In this document: positions 1 to 9,490 of the stretch, in pieces
Layout: every line of letters begins with the position of its first letter
Numbering within the stretch: position 1 is the stretch's first letter
From: an uncultured Brevinematales bacterium
GTDB lineage: Bacteria > Spirochaetota > Brevinematia > Brevinematales > CAYRWR01
DNA: 64,000 bases
Reading direction: 5' to 3'
NCBI GenBank assembly: GCA_964537555.1
Contig: CAZIAD010000003.1
Coordinates: forward strand, 3,921-67,920
Made by a program: the position numbers and the translations under genes
The notes under the pieces: generated by a model
Database searches by the model: none
The model's input: only the letters and a program-made list of their open reading frames with translations
Told to the model about the DNA's origin: nothing

Positions 1-17
1 CTGTTCTGAAAAAACGC

Positions 18-854
18 CTATTTAATGAGGGTGTCGCCTTGATAAGGCTCTGCCTGTTTAGCCTGGACCTGCCATATTATAGATAAAGCTATCAGGGCCA
101 GGCCCAGCCAGAATGATGTCCTGCTCAGCCAGAGTGCATCATGTACCACTGCCTGTAAAGCGGGCAGCATCAGTACCCCTTCCTCACCGGAAAACATATC
201 CATTTGCTTTAACCAGCCTGTTCCCGGTGAAAACATCCTGTCAGCAATAAACCAGGGAAGAGCCACTATAAAGGCAATGATCCCGCTCGCCCTCATACGG
301 CGTACTCCCTGCATCAGCAGGGCCATCAGAGCGGCTATGATCACAGAGATGACTATCAGAATATTTGTGATTCCGCTGATCAGATTATGATAAGAATGGA
401 GATTCTTTTTCCCCCAGTCTCCATGGATACTCTTAAGCCCGTCAAACTCACCCAGAAATTTGAATTCTTTTTTTGCCAGATCGACTATGGGTGCGTCCGG
501 TGCATAGACAGGATCAATAATATCATCAGCCATGAGAGCGTATAATTCCCGGGCATTTTTAGTCTTCAGGATAGCGTCAGAAGCGAATCGGAAAGTGTCC
601 TGGGGTATAAGCTGGACATCCTGGCCCGGAGATTTTTGAGCAGCCAGGAGGGATTTATCATAAAAGGCCTGATCGCTCAGTTCCAGTTTATTGGACACTC
701 CGGATTGCAGGGCTAAAGCCACGAATTTCTTAATAGAAGGGGGGGATACCAGACTGCTGATAAAATGGAGTGTAAGGGCCGCAGACCATATAAAAAATAA
801 TAAAAAAGCTAAAAAACCACCCAGACAGCCTTTTCCACCCGCATTTTGCTCCAT
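18..854 (-). CDS. Multi-pass membrane protein, unknown function
   Basis: 278-aa ORF with a hydrophobic N-terminal helix (LGGFLAFLLFFIWSAALTL) and several C-terminal helices. No family motif recognised. Confidence 0.5.
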   Translation of the reverse strand: MEQNAGGKGCLGGFLAFLLFFIWSAALTLHFISSLVSPPSIKKFVALALQSGVSNKLELSDQAFYDKSLLAAQKSPGQDVQLIPQDTFRFASDAILKTKNARELYALMADDIIDPVYAPDAPIVDLAKKEFKFLGEFDGLKSIHGDWGKKNLHSYHNLISGITNILIVISVIIAALMALLMQGVRRMRASGIIAFIVALPWFIADRMFSPGTGWLKQMDMFSGEEGVLMLPALQAVVHDALWLSRTSFWLGLALIALSIIWQVQAKQAEPYQGDTLIK

Positions 855-1004
855 CTTTCACCCCCTTTCTACCCATTATAAGTACTGGATACCTGAAATG
901 CAAATTTACAAAAACAGTTTTATGAAAAAAGCATATATGCACATTTACACTTGACGCTAAACCACTCCTTTCTTATACTGATACAAAATATTTGGAGGCA
1001 CACC

Positions 1005-3632
1005 ATGAAGAAAAGCTATTGGCTGATGTCATTATTAATACTGGCACAGGGAGGATTTGCCGCAATGATCCCACAGGAAAAAATGATGGAAGAACTGGCC
1101 ATCAGGATACCCGCCAAGGAAAAAGCCCAGTATGTCTATGGCGACAATATTAAAGGATACTTTGAAGGATATACCCATGCCTACCAGAAAGGCGAAGGCT
1201 ACAAGATGCTCAATACGGCCCTGTACCGTGATTTTGCCTCCCTGGTCAAAGAATCTGTAAATGACAAGAAAAAAGGGATTTACTCCCTGATCTACCCCTA
1301 CGGGCAGAAGACAGTATACTCGGCGGGCAGCTATGATGAATTTGTTCTGCTCAATAAAGAATATGCTATCTGCCTGCACGTCCATGATGATAAAGCGGAC
1401 AAACTGGCCTTATTGCCCCTTTTTACTCTGAGAAGCAAAAGTACCACTGTTGAAAAAAAAGGGGATGTGGTATTATTTTATAAAGAGAGCTCTAAACCGG
1501 AGACTCAATTCCCCACCTATATCGCTGTCTCTTCCTCACAGCCTTTTCGCTACTATGAAGGTGACCGGGAGAAAAATGAGGACCTAAAATCGACGGTCAA
1601 GGTCTCCAAGTCAGTCCTGGCCCCCATATTCGAAAGCAGTAAAAAAGTAAATGATTTTACCATCAATATTGCCTTTGGATTTACCAAGGAGGAAGCCCTG
1701 GCCAAGGCCCAGGCTATGGCCAAAGAGGACTCGATTGCCCGACAGAAAAAAAAGATCTACGACTTCCTGACCCGCTCCTACTTCTGGACAGACGACCAGG
1801 ACTTTAACCGGGCCCTGATGTGGTCCAAGCTGTCTGCCTACTCCCTGGTCAGTGAAGAGTATGGCAAGGGTATATGGGCCGGTTTACCCTGGTTTAAAGA
1901 CAACTGGGGCCGCGATACCTTTATCTCCCTGCCCGGGACTCTACTGGTCACAGGCCAGTTTAACGATGCCATGATTGTACTCACTAATTTTTCGGTGTTT
2001 CAAAACCGGGGTATTCAGTACATGACTATCAGTTATGCCGATAAGAGTTCCAAATCCAAAGTAAAAAACTACATCCGGAAAAACTGGGGCAGCAGCATGA
2101 AGACCAAACAGGACAAAGATTCAGAAGCAGGGACTATAGGACACTCTATAGACCGTTATTACCTGGATCACCCTCAGGAACTGGAAAAGAAGATAGCCCA
2201 GACCAGGAAGGCCCTGCCCCAGTCTGAGGTGACTTATGAACTGATCATCAACAAGGAGTACGGACGTATTCCTAACCGGGTATCCGGTTCCAGCATCATC
2301 TACAATACCACAGATGGCACCCCCTGGCTCATCCGTGAAGCCTGGGACTATCTGCGTTATACCGGAGATGAATCTTTTAAAAAAGAGATCTATCCCGTAA
2401 TAAAGCTGGCCCTGGATGGCTCCATTAAAAATTATGTGGATGCGCAGGGCTTTCTGACCCATGCCGATGCCGATACATGGATGGATGCCCGCATCGCCGG
2501 AGCTGAACCCTGGTCCGCCCGGGGCAACCGGGCTGTAGACATACAGGTCCTGTGGTATACCTCTCTGCGCTTCGGAGAGTACCTGGCCAGTGAAGTAGGC
2601 GAGACCCAGAAAGCCGTCGAATACGGCAAGCTGGCCGATAAGCTCAAAGAAAATTTCCCCCGCTTATTCTGGAACAGTAAGAAAAAAATACTGGCCGACC
2701 GTGTGACAGACCAGGACAGACCTGATTACAAAGTCAGGCCCAATCAGCTCATGGTCATCTCTGTACCCTTTGAAGATCAGCTCCTCAGTGACGATATCGA
2801 AGCCTATATTGTGAAGAATGCGGTATCAGAACTGCTCTACCCTTACGGCATTGCCTCATTGAGTCAGAATGACCCCTACTTCCATCCCCTGCATGAGGAC
2901 TGGGATAAGTATCACAAGGATGCCGCCTACCACAACGGCACTGTATGGGGCTGGAATGCCGGGCCCACCATCACAGCCATGACCCGTTTTAACTACACCG
3001 ATCTGGCCTTTAAGCTCAGCCAGAACCTGGCCCATCAGATCCTGTACCAGGGATGCAGGGGCTCTATGAGTGAAGTCATGGATGCCATCCAGAAAGATTA
3101 TGAGAACCTCCATCTGACGGGCACCTATTCCCAGGCCTGGAGTGTAGCAGAATTTGCCCGTAATGGCTATGAGGATTACGCCGGATTCCAGCCCGACCTG
3201 CTCAAAGGCACCATCAGGCTGGCTCCCTCTATACCCTCATCCTGGAAAAACACCTATGCCAAGATGGCCTTTGCAGATAAGGGGCAGTTCCATGTGGAAT
3301 TCAGCAGGTCTGCCAACATCCAGACCTTTGTCATCTGGTATGAAGGCTATGATAAAGACCTGCAGCTGGAATTTGCTCCTGCCTATAAAAAAGGACGTGT
3401 CCTGTCAGTCCTGAAAATGTCTAAAGGCCAGAAAGTGACTATCACTTATGATGAAAGCAGTGCCAGCCTGAGCTCGGGGAACAAAGCCCTGACTTCTAAA
3501 GTGATGATAGCAGATCAGTCTTCGATCATAGGCGATTTAAGATTTCAGACTCCGGACCTCAATAAAAAATATCCCATGAGCCAGGGTAAAAATCTCCTGG
3601 AAGGGATCATTAAATCCGGAAAATTTGAATAA
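1005..3632 (+). CDS. Exported glycogen-debranching-enzyme-like protein (amylo-alpha-1,6-glucosidase, GDE_C type)
   Basis: Motifs GLPWFKDNWGRDTFISLPG and YHNGTVWGWNAGP are typical of the GDE C-terminal (alpha/alpha)6 domain. Start moved to ATG 1005, preceded by GGAGG at 994-998, giving signal peptide MKKSYWLMSLLILAQGGFA. The ORF track starts at 951. Confidence 0.8.
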   Translation: MKKSYWLMSLLILAQGGFAAMIPQEKMMEELAIRIPAKEKAQYVYGDNIKGYFEGYTHAYQKGEGYKMLNTALYRDFASLVKESVNDKKKGIYSLIYPYGQKTVYSAGSYDEFVLLNKEYAICLHVHDDKADKLALLPLFTLRSKSTTVEKKGDVVLFYKESSKPETQFPTYIAVSSSQPFRYYEGDREKNEDLKSTVKVSKSVLAPIFESSKKVNDFTINIAFGFTKEEALAKAQAMAKEDSIARQKKKIYDFLTRSYFWTDDQDFNRALMWSKLSAYSLVSEEYGKGIWAGLPWFKDNWGRDTFISLPGTLLVTGQFNDAMIVLTNFSVFQNRGIQYMTISYADKSSKSKVKNYIRKNWGSSMKTKQDKDSEAGTIGHSIDRYYLDHPQELEKKIAQTRKALPQSEVTYELIINKEYGRIPNRVSGSSIIYNTTDGTPWLIREAWDYLRYTGDESFKKEIYPVIKLALDGSIKNYVDAQGFLTHADADTWMDARIAGAEPWSARGNRAVDIQVLWYTSLRFGEYLASEVGETQKAVEYGKLADKLKENFPRLFWNSKKKILADRVTDQDRPDYKVRPNQLMVISVPFEDQLLSDDIEAYIVKNAVSELLYPYGIASLSQNDPYFHPLHEDWDKYHKDAAYHNGTVWGWNAGPTITAMTRFNYTDLAFKLSQNLAHQILYQGCRGSMSEVMDAIQKDYENLHLTGTYSQAWSVAEFARNGYEDYAGFQPDLLKGTIRLAPSIPSSWKNTYAKMAFADKGQFHVEFSRSANIQTFVIWYEGYDKDLQLEFAPAYKKGRVLSVLKMSKGQKVTITYDESSASLSSGNKALTSKVMIADQSSIIGDLRFQTPDLNKKYPMSQGKNLLEGIIKSGKFE

Positions 3633-3653
3633 ATACCCATCCTGAACCATAAT

Positions 3654-3687
3654 AAGGAGATCTCTCCGGAGGTCTCCTTATTTTTTT
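3654..3687 (+). terminator. Rho-independent terminator
   Basis: Arms AAGGAGA (3654-3660) and TCTCCTT (3673-3679) around a TCCGGA core, followed by a T7 run. Confidence 0.7.
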
Positions 3688-3696
3688 GGGAGAAAT

Positions 3697-4638
3697 ATGA
3701 ACTTTATATGGTACATAATTATCGCAGTATTATTGATCATTGTCTTATATTTATATAATGAAGCCCCCTGGCTCTGGACAGAAAGCAGTGCCTACCAGAA
3801 AACGGATAGCAGCAGGCTTATGGATTCCAGCTGCTCCTCCCGTATCCTACAGTCTGCCCAATCCAAGGCAGTGCTTTGCCTGCACGGCTTTCCCGCTACT
3901 CCCTCCAATTTTCAATACATCATACCTCTGTTACAGGAGGATTACGATGTCTATGCCCCTCTCCTCCCCGGAATGGGCAGCAGCCCCTCTGATATGCGAC
4001 ATCAGACTTACAGCGGATGGTATGCCTTTGCCCGGGGCCAATATCTGGAACTTTGTGAAAAATATGAGCAGGTCTATTTACTGGGTATCTCCATGGGTGC
4101 CTCTCTGTGCCTGGAGCTGGCCCAGGAGTTTTCACACTCTGATAAATACAGCCCCACTGCCATAGCACTGGCCTCCGCCCCGGTATTCCTCAACTCTTTT
4201 CTGGAAAATGGGGTGATGCACAGGCCTGCCCTGTACCTGTCCCGACTCCTGAAAAACCTCCTGCCTCCTGTCCTGGGTCAGGGTTCCGCTAATAAATATA
4301 CTGAGGATAATGCAGGAGCATGGCAGGGTTATCACGGGATCTTCCTGCCCCAGATACATTCCCTGAAAATGGGCCTGAAAACAGTAAAAAAAAATCTGCA
4401 CCGGGTTAAATGCCCGGCCTATCTGTGTCACTCCCGGGGTGACAGGACGGTACCCTATGCCAATATGGACACTATTTTCCGTCATATATCATCCGACTAT
4501 GTGGAAAAGAGAACGGTAGATACCCGTCCCTTTCAACACACCCACCACGTTCTTTTTATCTATGATTCTGTGCGGGATAGCCTGTTTCATGATATAATCT
4601 GTTTTTACAAAAATGCGGCAGCAAAGGAGCGATCATGA
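3697..4638 (+). CDS. Alpha/beta-fold hydrolase (esterase/lipase-like) with N-terminal membrane anchor
   Basis: LHGFPATP oxyanion region, nucleophile elbow GISMGAS (GxSxG) and a C-terminal Asp/His region. N-terminal TM helix IWYIIIAVLLIIVLYL. Confidence 0.7.
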   Translation: MNFIWYIIIAVLLIIVLYLYNEAPWLWTESSAYQKTDSSRLMDSSCSSRILQSAQSKAVLCLHGFPATPSNFQYIIPLLQEDYDVYAPLLPGMGSSPSDMRHQTYSGWYAFARGQYLELCEKYEQVYLLGISMGASLCLELAQEFSHSDKYSPTAIALASAPVFLNSFLENGVMHRPALYLSRLLKNLLPPVLGQGSANKYTEDNAGAWQGYHGIFLPQIHSLKMGLKTVKKNLHRVKCPAYLCHSRGDRTVPYANMDTIFRHISSDYVEKRTVDTRPFQHTHHVLFIYDSVRDSLFHDIICFYKNAAAKERS

Positions 4639-5723
4639 GATTCACTGTCACCTTCCTGTTACTATATCTGGCCCTGTTTTCCTGTTCCAAAATCGAGACA
4701 CCGGGGCCTGTTATTTTCCGTTTTGCCGGGGATGTGATGTTTGACAGGGGCATAAAACGTACTCTGAAGAAGGGAGTACACCCTTTTTACCATATCAGCG
4801 ATCTGAGCCGGAGTGCTCATATTATGATGATAAATCTGGAGACCACCATCGCCACCAATGGTGAAAAAGTCCCCAAGGCTTTTAATTTTATGAGCCATCC
4901 CGACAGCCTGGCCTTTGTCACTAATGCCGGAATAGACCTGGTCAGTATAGCCAATAACCATACCATGGATTATGGTACCCCGGCCATTATTCAGACCATA
5001 CATAACCTCAATAAATACGGTCTACGGCACGCCGGGGCAGGCATGGACCTCCCTGAGGCCAGCCAGGGAGTGATCCTGGAGACCAATGGCATAAAGATCG
5101 GTTTCCTTGCTTTTGGAGATATATATCCCCTCAGCCTCTATGCCAGTGATACCCGCCCGGGCATTGCCGGAATTCAGCTGGAACAGACTTCTGCTGTCAT
5201 AAAAGCTTTTAAGCCACAGGTGGATTTCCTCATCGTATCCCTGCACTGGGGCTGGGAGTATGAAGACCTGCCCAAAAGTTATCAGACAGTACAGGCTTAT
5301 GAGTTTATAGACAGTGGAGCAGACCTCATCATAGGCCACCATCCGCATGTCCTGCAGGGAGTAGAAAAATATAAAAACGGCGTCATCTTCTACAGTATGG
5401 GCAATTTTGTGTTTGACCAGAAAAAAGAGCTGAAAACCCGTTACACCATGATCGGGGAGCTGGAATTGGTTAAGAAGCTGGATGCAGAGGCTAATACCAA
5501 TCTGTCTGCGCATTATTCATTTCACCCCTTTATTAAGGATTATACTGACTATATGCCCCGCATCATGGATGAAAAAGAACATGCTGCATGGATGGATCAC
5601 TTCTCTGAAATCAGTAAAAAACTGGGGCCTGTATCTTTCAGCCCCCGTACCAATAGTGATACATCACATTATGATATAAACTGGACGGTAGATATCTCTG
5701 ATAAACTAACCAAAACTCCCTGA
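4635..5723 (+). CDS. CapA-family (PGA_cap metallophosphatase-like) lipoprotein
   Basis: ANNHTMDYG, HWGWEY and GHHPHVLQG motifs are characteristic of the CapA/poly-gamma-glutamate capsule family. Lipobox LFSC. ATGA overlap with the upstream gene. Confidence 0.75.
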   Translation: MRFTVTFLLLYLALFSCSKIETPGPVIFRFAGDVMFDRGIKRTLKKGVHPFYHISDLSRSAHIMMINLETTIATNGEKVPKAFNFMSHPDSLAFVTNAGIDLVSIANNHTMDYGTPAIIQTIHNLNKYGLRHAGAGMDLPEASQGVILETNGIKIGFLAFGDIYPLSLYASDTRPGIAGIQLEQTSAVIKAFKPQVDFLIVSLHWGWEYEDLPKSYQTVQAYEFIDSGADLIIGHHPHVLQGVEKYKNGVIFYSMGNFVFDQKKELKTRYTMIGELELVKKLDAEANTNLSAHYSFHPFIKDYTDYMPRIMDEKEHAAWMDHFSEISKKLGPVSFSPRTNSDTSHYDINWTVDISDKLTKTP

Positions 5724-5831
5724 ATACCTCTCTTATATTATACGTGAAACCCTCTGCTGGCTTTACATTTACGGAAAATCTGCCTATAATCTATGTGGAC
5801 TTTTTTTAAAGCCATATTTATGGAGAATACT

Positions 5832-6497
5832 ATGAAGAAATTTTTAATCCTTTCAGCTATCCTGCTGGTCAACATCAGCTTTATTTCCGCCAAAAAAATC
5901 GAGGTTTTTAACGCCAAGACTATCGTTGACCTGGTTCAGGAAAAGATAGCAACTATAAAAAGCTTCACCGGATCTTTTGTGTATCGTCTGGATACCAAAA
6001 AATACTCCGGAAATATAGTGTATAAGCAGCCCAATAAGTTTTCCCTTACTCTCAATAACGGCCCTCATATATTTTCAGACGGACTCTATCTCTACATCGA
6101 TTATAAAGGCCAGAATGTTGCGGTAAAAGAATATCTGGGAGAATCAGACAGTAATCCTCTTATGGGATGGAATATAAAAAGATTACTCAGAGAATACACC
6201 CCCTCTCTCCCTAAGGGTGGCTACAAAGTAGTGTATGGCTCCACCAAGATGCCTGCCTACAAGATCCTGTTTGTCCCTAAGTCTAATACTTCCGGATTTC
6301 GTGAGATCGAGATGATAGTCAGTGAAGACGGGCTTATTCAAAAGGTGACCGCCCAGAATCAGCTGGGTAAAGAACTGGAGATGAGCATCAGTTATCGTTC
6401 TTTTAATGTAGGGGTAGGAGAAGATACTTTTAAATTCGAACCTGATGAAAATACCCAGACATTTGAAAATATCTGGGAAATAGATGTTAATCAGTAA
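5832..6497 (+). CDS. LolA-like outer-membrane lipoprotein carrier/sorting-fold protein
   Basis: The pattern IKSFTGSFVYRL...GNIVYKQPNKFSL...FSDGLYLYIDYKGQNV matches the LolA fold signature. Start moved to ATG 5832 (GGAG at 5822-5825), giving signal peptide MKKFLILSAILLVNISFISA. Confidence 0.55.
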   Translation: MKKFLILSAILLVNISFISAKKIEVFNAKTIVDLVQEKIATIKSFTGSFVYRLDTKKYSGNIVYKQPNKFSLTLNNGPHIFSDGLYLYIDYKGQNVAVKEYLGESDSNPLMGWNIKRLLREYTPSLPKGGYKVVYGSTKMPAYKILFVPKSNTSGFREIEMIVSEDGLIQKVTAQNQLGKELEMSISYRSFNVGVGEDTFKFEPDENTQTFENIWEIDVNQ

Positions 6498-6535
6498 AAT
6501 CCCCCAGTAATAGACCTATTAATAAAGGAGATCCC

Positions 6536-7351
6536 ATGAAAAAATGGACAGCAGCTTTTATTCTGTTTATAGCTGTATTTATGATGAGCAATTGTGCCTC
6601 ATTGACAGAAGAATACCGGTTTAAAAAAAGATATGATAAGTTCTACAATTTCTTATCACAGGATGAAAGATCTTTGCTTTTGAAAAAAGACTTTCAGGGC
6701 CTGGGTATCAGCCTGGACAATCGGACCTCTCAGAATAAAGAATTAAGTGCTGAATGGGATGCTATTAAAGACGGAGAGGCGATCTCCACTTTTTCCAGTA
6801 GTCAGAGTGCTGACTTTTTTTACACTATCTTGTTACGTGAAGTAAACCGGGAGAATTTCAGAGATTTCATGGATCTTCTCAGTGCAGAGGAACAATTCAG
6901 ATTCGCCATGGGTCAGGATTACAGATCTGTTCTTATGGCCAAGCTCACTGTGAATAAAAAATTCGAGAAATTCATAGATAAATGTGCCACAGAATATCGC
7001 TTATATGGAGCCAGTCCTGAGCAGATCTTTGACTTCTTTTTTGAGGTATCCTACCCCGAAATATCCCGCAGACAGTTTTATAATTTTTGTATAATACTGA
7101 AAAAAGCGGAAGCTTTACCGGCATTTATCGCCAAAGACCTGGATTCTGTAAGCCGAAGCCTCGATAAGTATTCAAAGGAGCACCCCCTGTTTATAAAAGA
7201 TATTAAGACTGTAAAAGAAAAAGCAGCCCTAAAAAACCTGACTGATTCACAATTAGCTACTGTCTATAATGATATTGCATTCAGGCAAATGGATAGAAAT
7301 GCTGCTCTGAAGACGATGGGCAAATTTATAAATATGGGGCCTATTGAATGA
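6536..7351 (+). CDS. Hypothetical lipoprotein
   Basis: Signal peptide with lipobox (FMMSNC). The helical, Lys/Glu-rich body has no recognised motif. Confidence 0.5.
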   Translation: MKKWTAAFILFIAVFMMSNCASLTEEYRFKKRYDKFYNFLSQDERSLLLKKDFQGLGISLDNRTSQNKELSAEWDAIKDGEAISTFSSSQSADFFYTILLREVNRENFRDFMDLLSAEEQFRFAMGQDYRSVLMAKLTVNKKFEKFIDKCATEYRLYGASPEQIFDFFFEVSYPEISRRQFYNFCIILKKAEALPAFIAKDLDSVSRSLDKYSKEHPLFIKDIKTVKEKAALKNLTDSQLATVYNDIAFRQMDRNAALKTMGKFINMGPIE

Positions 7352-7701
7352 CCTGGAAACCTGAACTTCAGAAAAGTATGGAAAACCTCAAGCTTAACGA
7401 TATAGTTTTTTACGACGTACAGGGGCTCTCTCCCCTGACTGATATGTTTGTAGTAGCATCTGCAGACAGTATCACCCAATTAGAAGCAGCCCGAAACCAG
7501 GCTCAAAGGATCATGAAGAATAATAAACTCACTCTTAAAAATCCTACCGAAGATTGGAGTGGTGGCTGGCTCATCATGGATTACGATGAAGTCATCATCA
7601 ATATTTTTCTGGAAGAAAAAAGAAGTTTTTATAATCTGGATGATTTTATCAAAGCGGGGAAGATCAATCTCGACGAGATAAAAAATGCAGTGGAGCGATA
7701 A
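7348..7701 (+). CDS. rsfS: Ribosome silencing factor RsfS (iojap family)
   Basis: DIVFYDV...TDMFVVASADS...QAQ...WLIMDYDEVIINIFLEEKRSFYNLD is the typical RsfS signature. ATGA overlap with the upstream gene. Confidence 0.85.
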   Translation: MTWKPELQKSMENLKLNDIVFYDVQGLSPLTDMFVVASADSITQLEAARNQAQRIMKNNKLTLKNPTEDWSGGWLIMDYDEVIINIFLEEKRSFYNLDDFIKAGKINLDEIKNAVER

Positions 7702-9490
7702 GACTATTAATGACTCATCTTTGACGACTTTTCTGAGTACTGTCACAGAATACTTTATTATCTTAAAACAAAATGAACTACATACTAATGTACCTGCCCT
7801 GCCTCACACTATGAGCGACAGGGCTGACATTCATGAATACATACAGGCAAATGCAATTAAAATCGATCTGGAAATACATGAATCTGACAGGGAATTTCAT
7901 TGCTGGGCCAAGAAAAACTCCCAGTTTTCTGATATCCGCGAAGATATCTTAAGCCGGTTTAATCCCCCGGCCGAAGAAGTATCTGAAAATCTTCCCCCTA
8001 ACTTCTCGGAACTGGATGATGTACTGGTAGTGGATATAGGGGATGAATTCCTCTTTTCCTATTTGATCAGCCTGGCTCTGAAAAGATTTAACGCTGAAGT
8101 GGGCCTCCTCCAGATCTACAATGAAGATAATGTCATGAATATGGCCATGGGTTTTAACGCAGCAGACCTGGATCAGATCAGTTATAAAAACACACCGATC
8201 AGGAAATACCTGGACAGAAACAGAGAAATACTACTCATCCCTGATACTACAGCAGACAAAAATCTGACCCTGGATATTAAAAACGCCGCTCAGATAAAAA
8301 CTATGCTTATATCACCGGTCATCAACAAAGGGAACATGGTAGCCATGATCTGTCTGGTCAATAAAAATACCTCTGCCCCTGAGAAGAGATTTGACCTGCA
8401 GGACAGTAAGCTGCTGGCCAGCATGTCGATATCTATGGGATCGAGTATCAATAACGCTCTGCTGTACCAGGCCACCACGGAATTAAAGGAATTTAACGAA
8501 GAAGTACTGGAAAACATCCCGGCGGGCATCCTCACTCTCTCCACACAAAAGGAGACTCTTTTTATGAACCGCTACCTGCGGGATCTAAGGTTGGAGCATC
8601 AGCTCAGTGAAGAAGTCCTGTTCCAGCACATCGACATCCAGGACCATCAGGAATTTTTCAACCGTGAGATATTACTGCAGGACCAAAACCTCTATCTGAG
8701 GGTGTCTAAACGTTTCCTCCAGATAGGGGGGAGGCAGCCTATTTACCTGTTTACCATCACCGATATCAGCATGGAAAAAGAATTTGAGATACAGATGAGG
8801 CGGACGGAACGACTGGCCGTAGCCGGAGAGCTTATCGCCGGAATAGCCCATGAGATCAAGAACCCTCTTACATCCATGAAAGGATTCACTGACCTTTTAT
8901 GGAAACGCATTGATGACAGGGAATTTGTACTCAAATTCGCCAGCATTGTAGGATCTGAAATAAACCGTCTTAATACTATTATTGAAAGATTTCAGTCATT
9001 TGCCCGGCCCCAGGTAGGGGAGATGTCGGAGATAGAACTGTCCACCCTGGTAAAAGAAATGGCAGACATTGTGTCCTATAATCTGGACCGTAATCATATT
9101 CAACTCGTAAATAAAGTGAAGCCGGGGATCAAGATCATGGGGACCCGGGACCTGCTCATACAGGTGCTGATAAATGTGATGCTCAATGCCTCCCAGGCCC
9201 TGGCCGATCACGATGTCGACCCTAAAAAGATCGAGATCAGCCTCATCACAGAAAAGAGCACTATTTCCCTGTGCATAGAGGATAATGGGCCGGGTATAGA
9301 TGAAAAGATGATCACCCGTATTTTCGACCCCTTTTATACTACAAAACCTAAAGGGAGCGGGCTGGGATTGTCTATCTCACACCGGATCATGCAGGAACAC
9401 GAAGGCAATATCAACATTGAATCCCAGAAAGGTAAATATACCCGAATCATACTTAAATTTCCCATTAATGGTGAGAAGGTGTCATTATGA
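7685..9490 (+). CDS. Cytoplasmic sensor histidine kinase (GAF-PAS-HisKA-HATPase, NtrB-like)
   Basis: GAF-like region (LLIPDTTADKN...MICLVNK), H-box AHEIKNPLTSMKGF, N-box NVMLNASQA and G-boxes DNGPGI / GSGLGL. The exact start is uncertain. Confidence 0.8.
   Translation: MQWSDKTINDSSLTTFLSTVTEYFIILKQNELHTNVPALPHTMSDRADIHEYIQANAIKIDLEIHESDREFHCWAKKNSQFSDIREDILSRFNPPAEEVSENLPPNFSELDDVLVVDIGDEFLFSYLISLALKRFNAEVGLLQIYNEDNVMNMAMGFNAADLDQISYKNTPIRKYLDRNREILLIPDTTADKNLTLDIKNAAQIKTMLISPVINKGNMVAMICLVNKNTSAPEKRFDLQDSKLLASMSISMGSSINNALLYQATTELKEFNEEVLENIPAGILTLSTQKETLFMNRYLRDLRLEHQLSEEVLFQHIDIQDHQEFFNREILLQDQNLYLRVSKRFLQIGGRQPIYLFTITDISMEKEFEIQMRRTERLAVAGELIAGIAHEIKNPLTSMKGFTDLLWKRIDDREFVLKFASIVGSEINRLNTIIERFQSFARPQVGEMSEIELSTLVKEMADIVSYNLDRNHIQLVNKVKPGIKIMGTRDLLIQVLINVMLNASQALADHDVDPKKIEISLITEKSTISLCIEDNGPGIDEKMITRIFDPFYTTKPKGSGLGLSISHRIMQEHEGNINIESQKGKYTRIILKFPINGEKVSL

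Noticed and set aside
951-1004. N-terminal 18-aa extension of the debranching-enzyme ORF
   Set aside because: The GGAGG RBS lies inside the extension, and the downstream ATG yields a proper signal peptide. The extension is probably untranslated.
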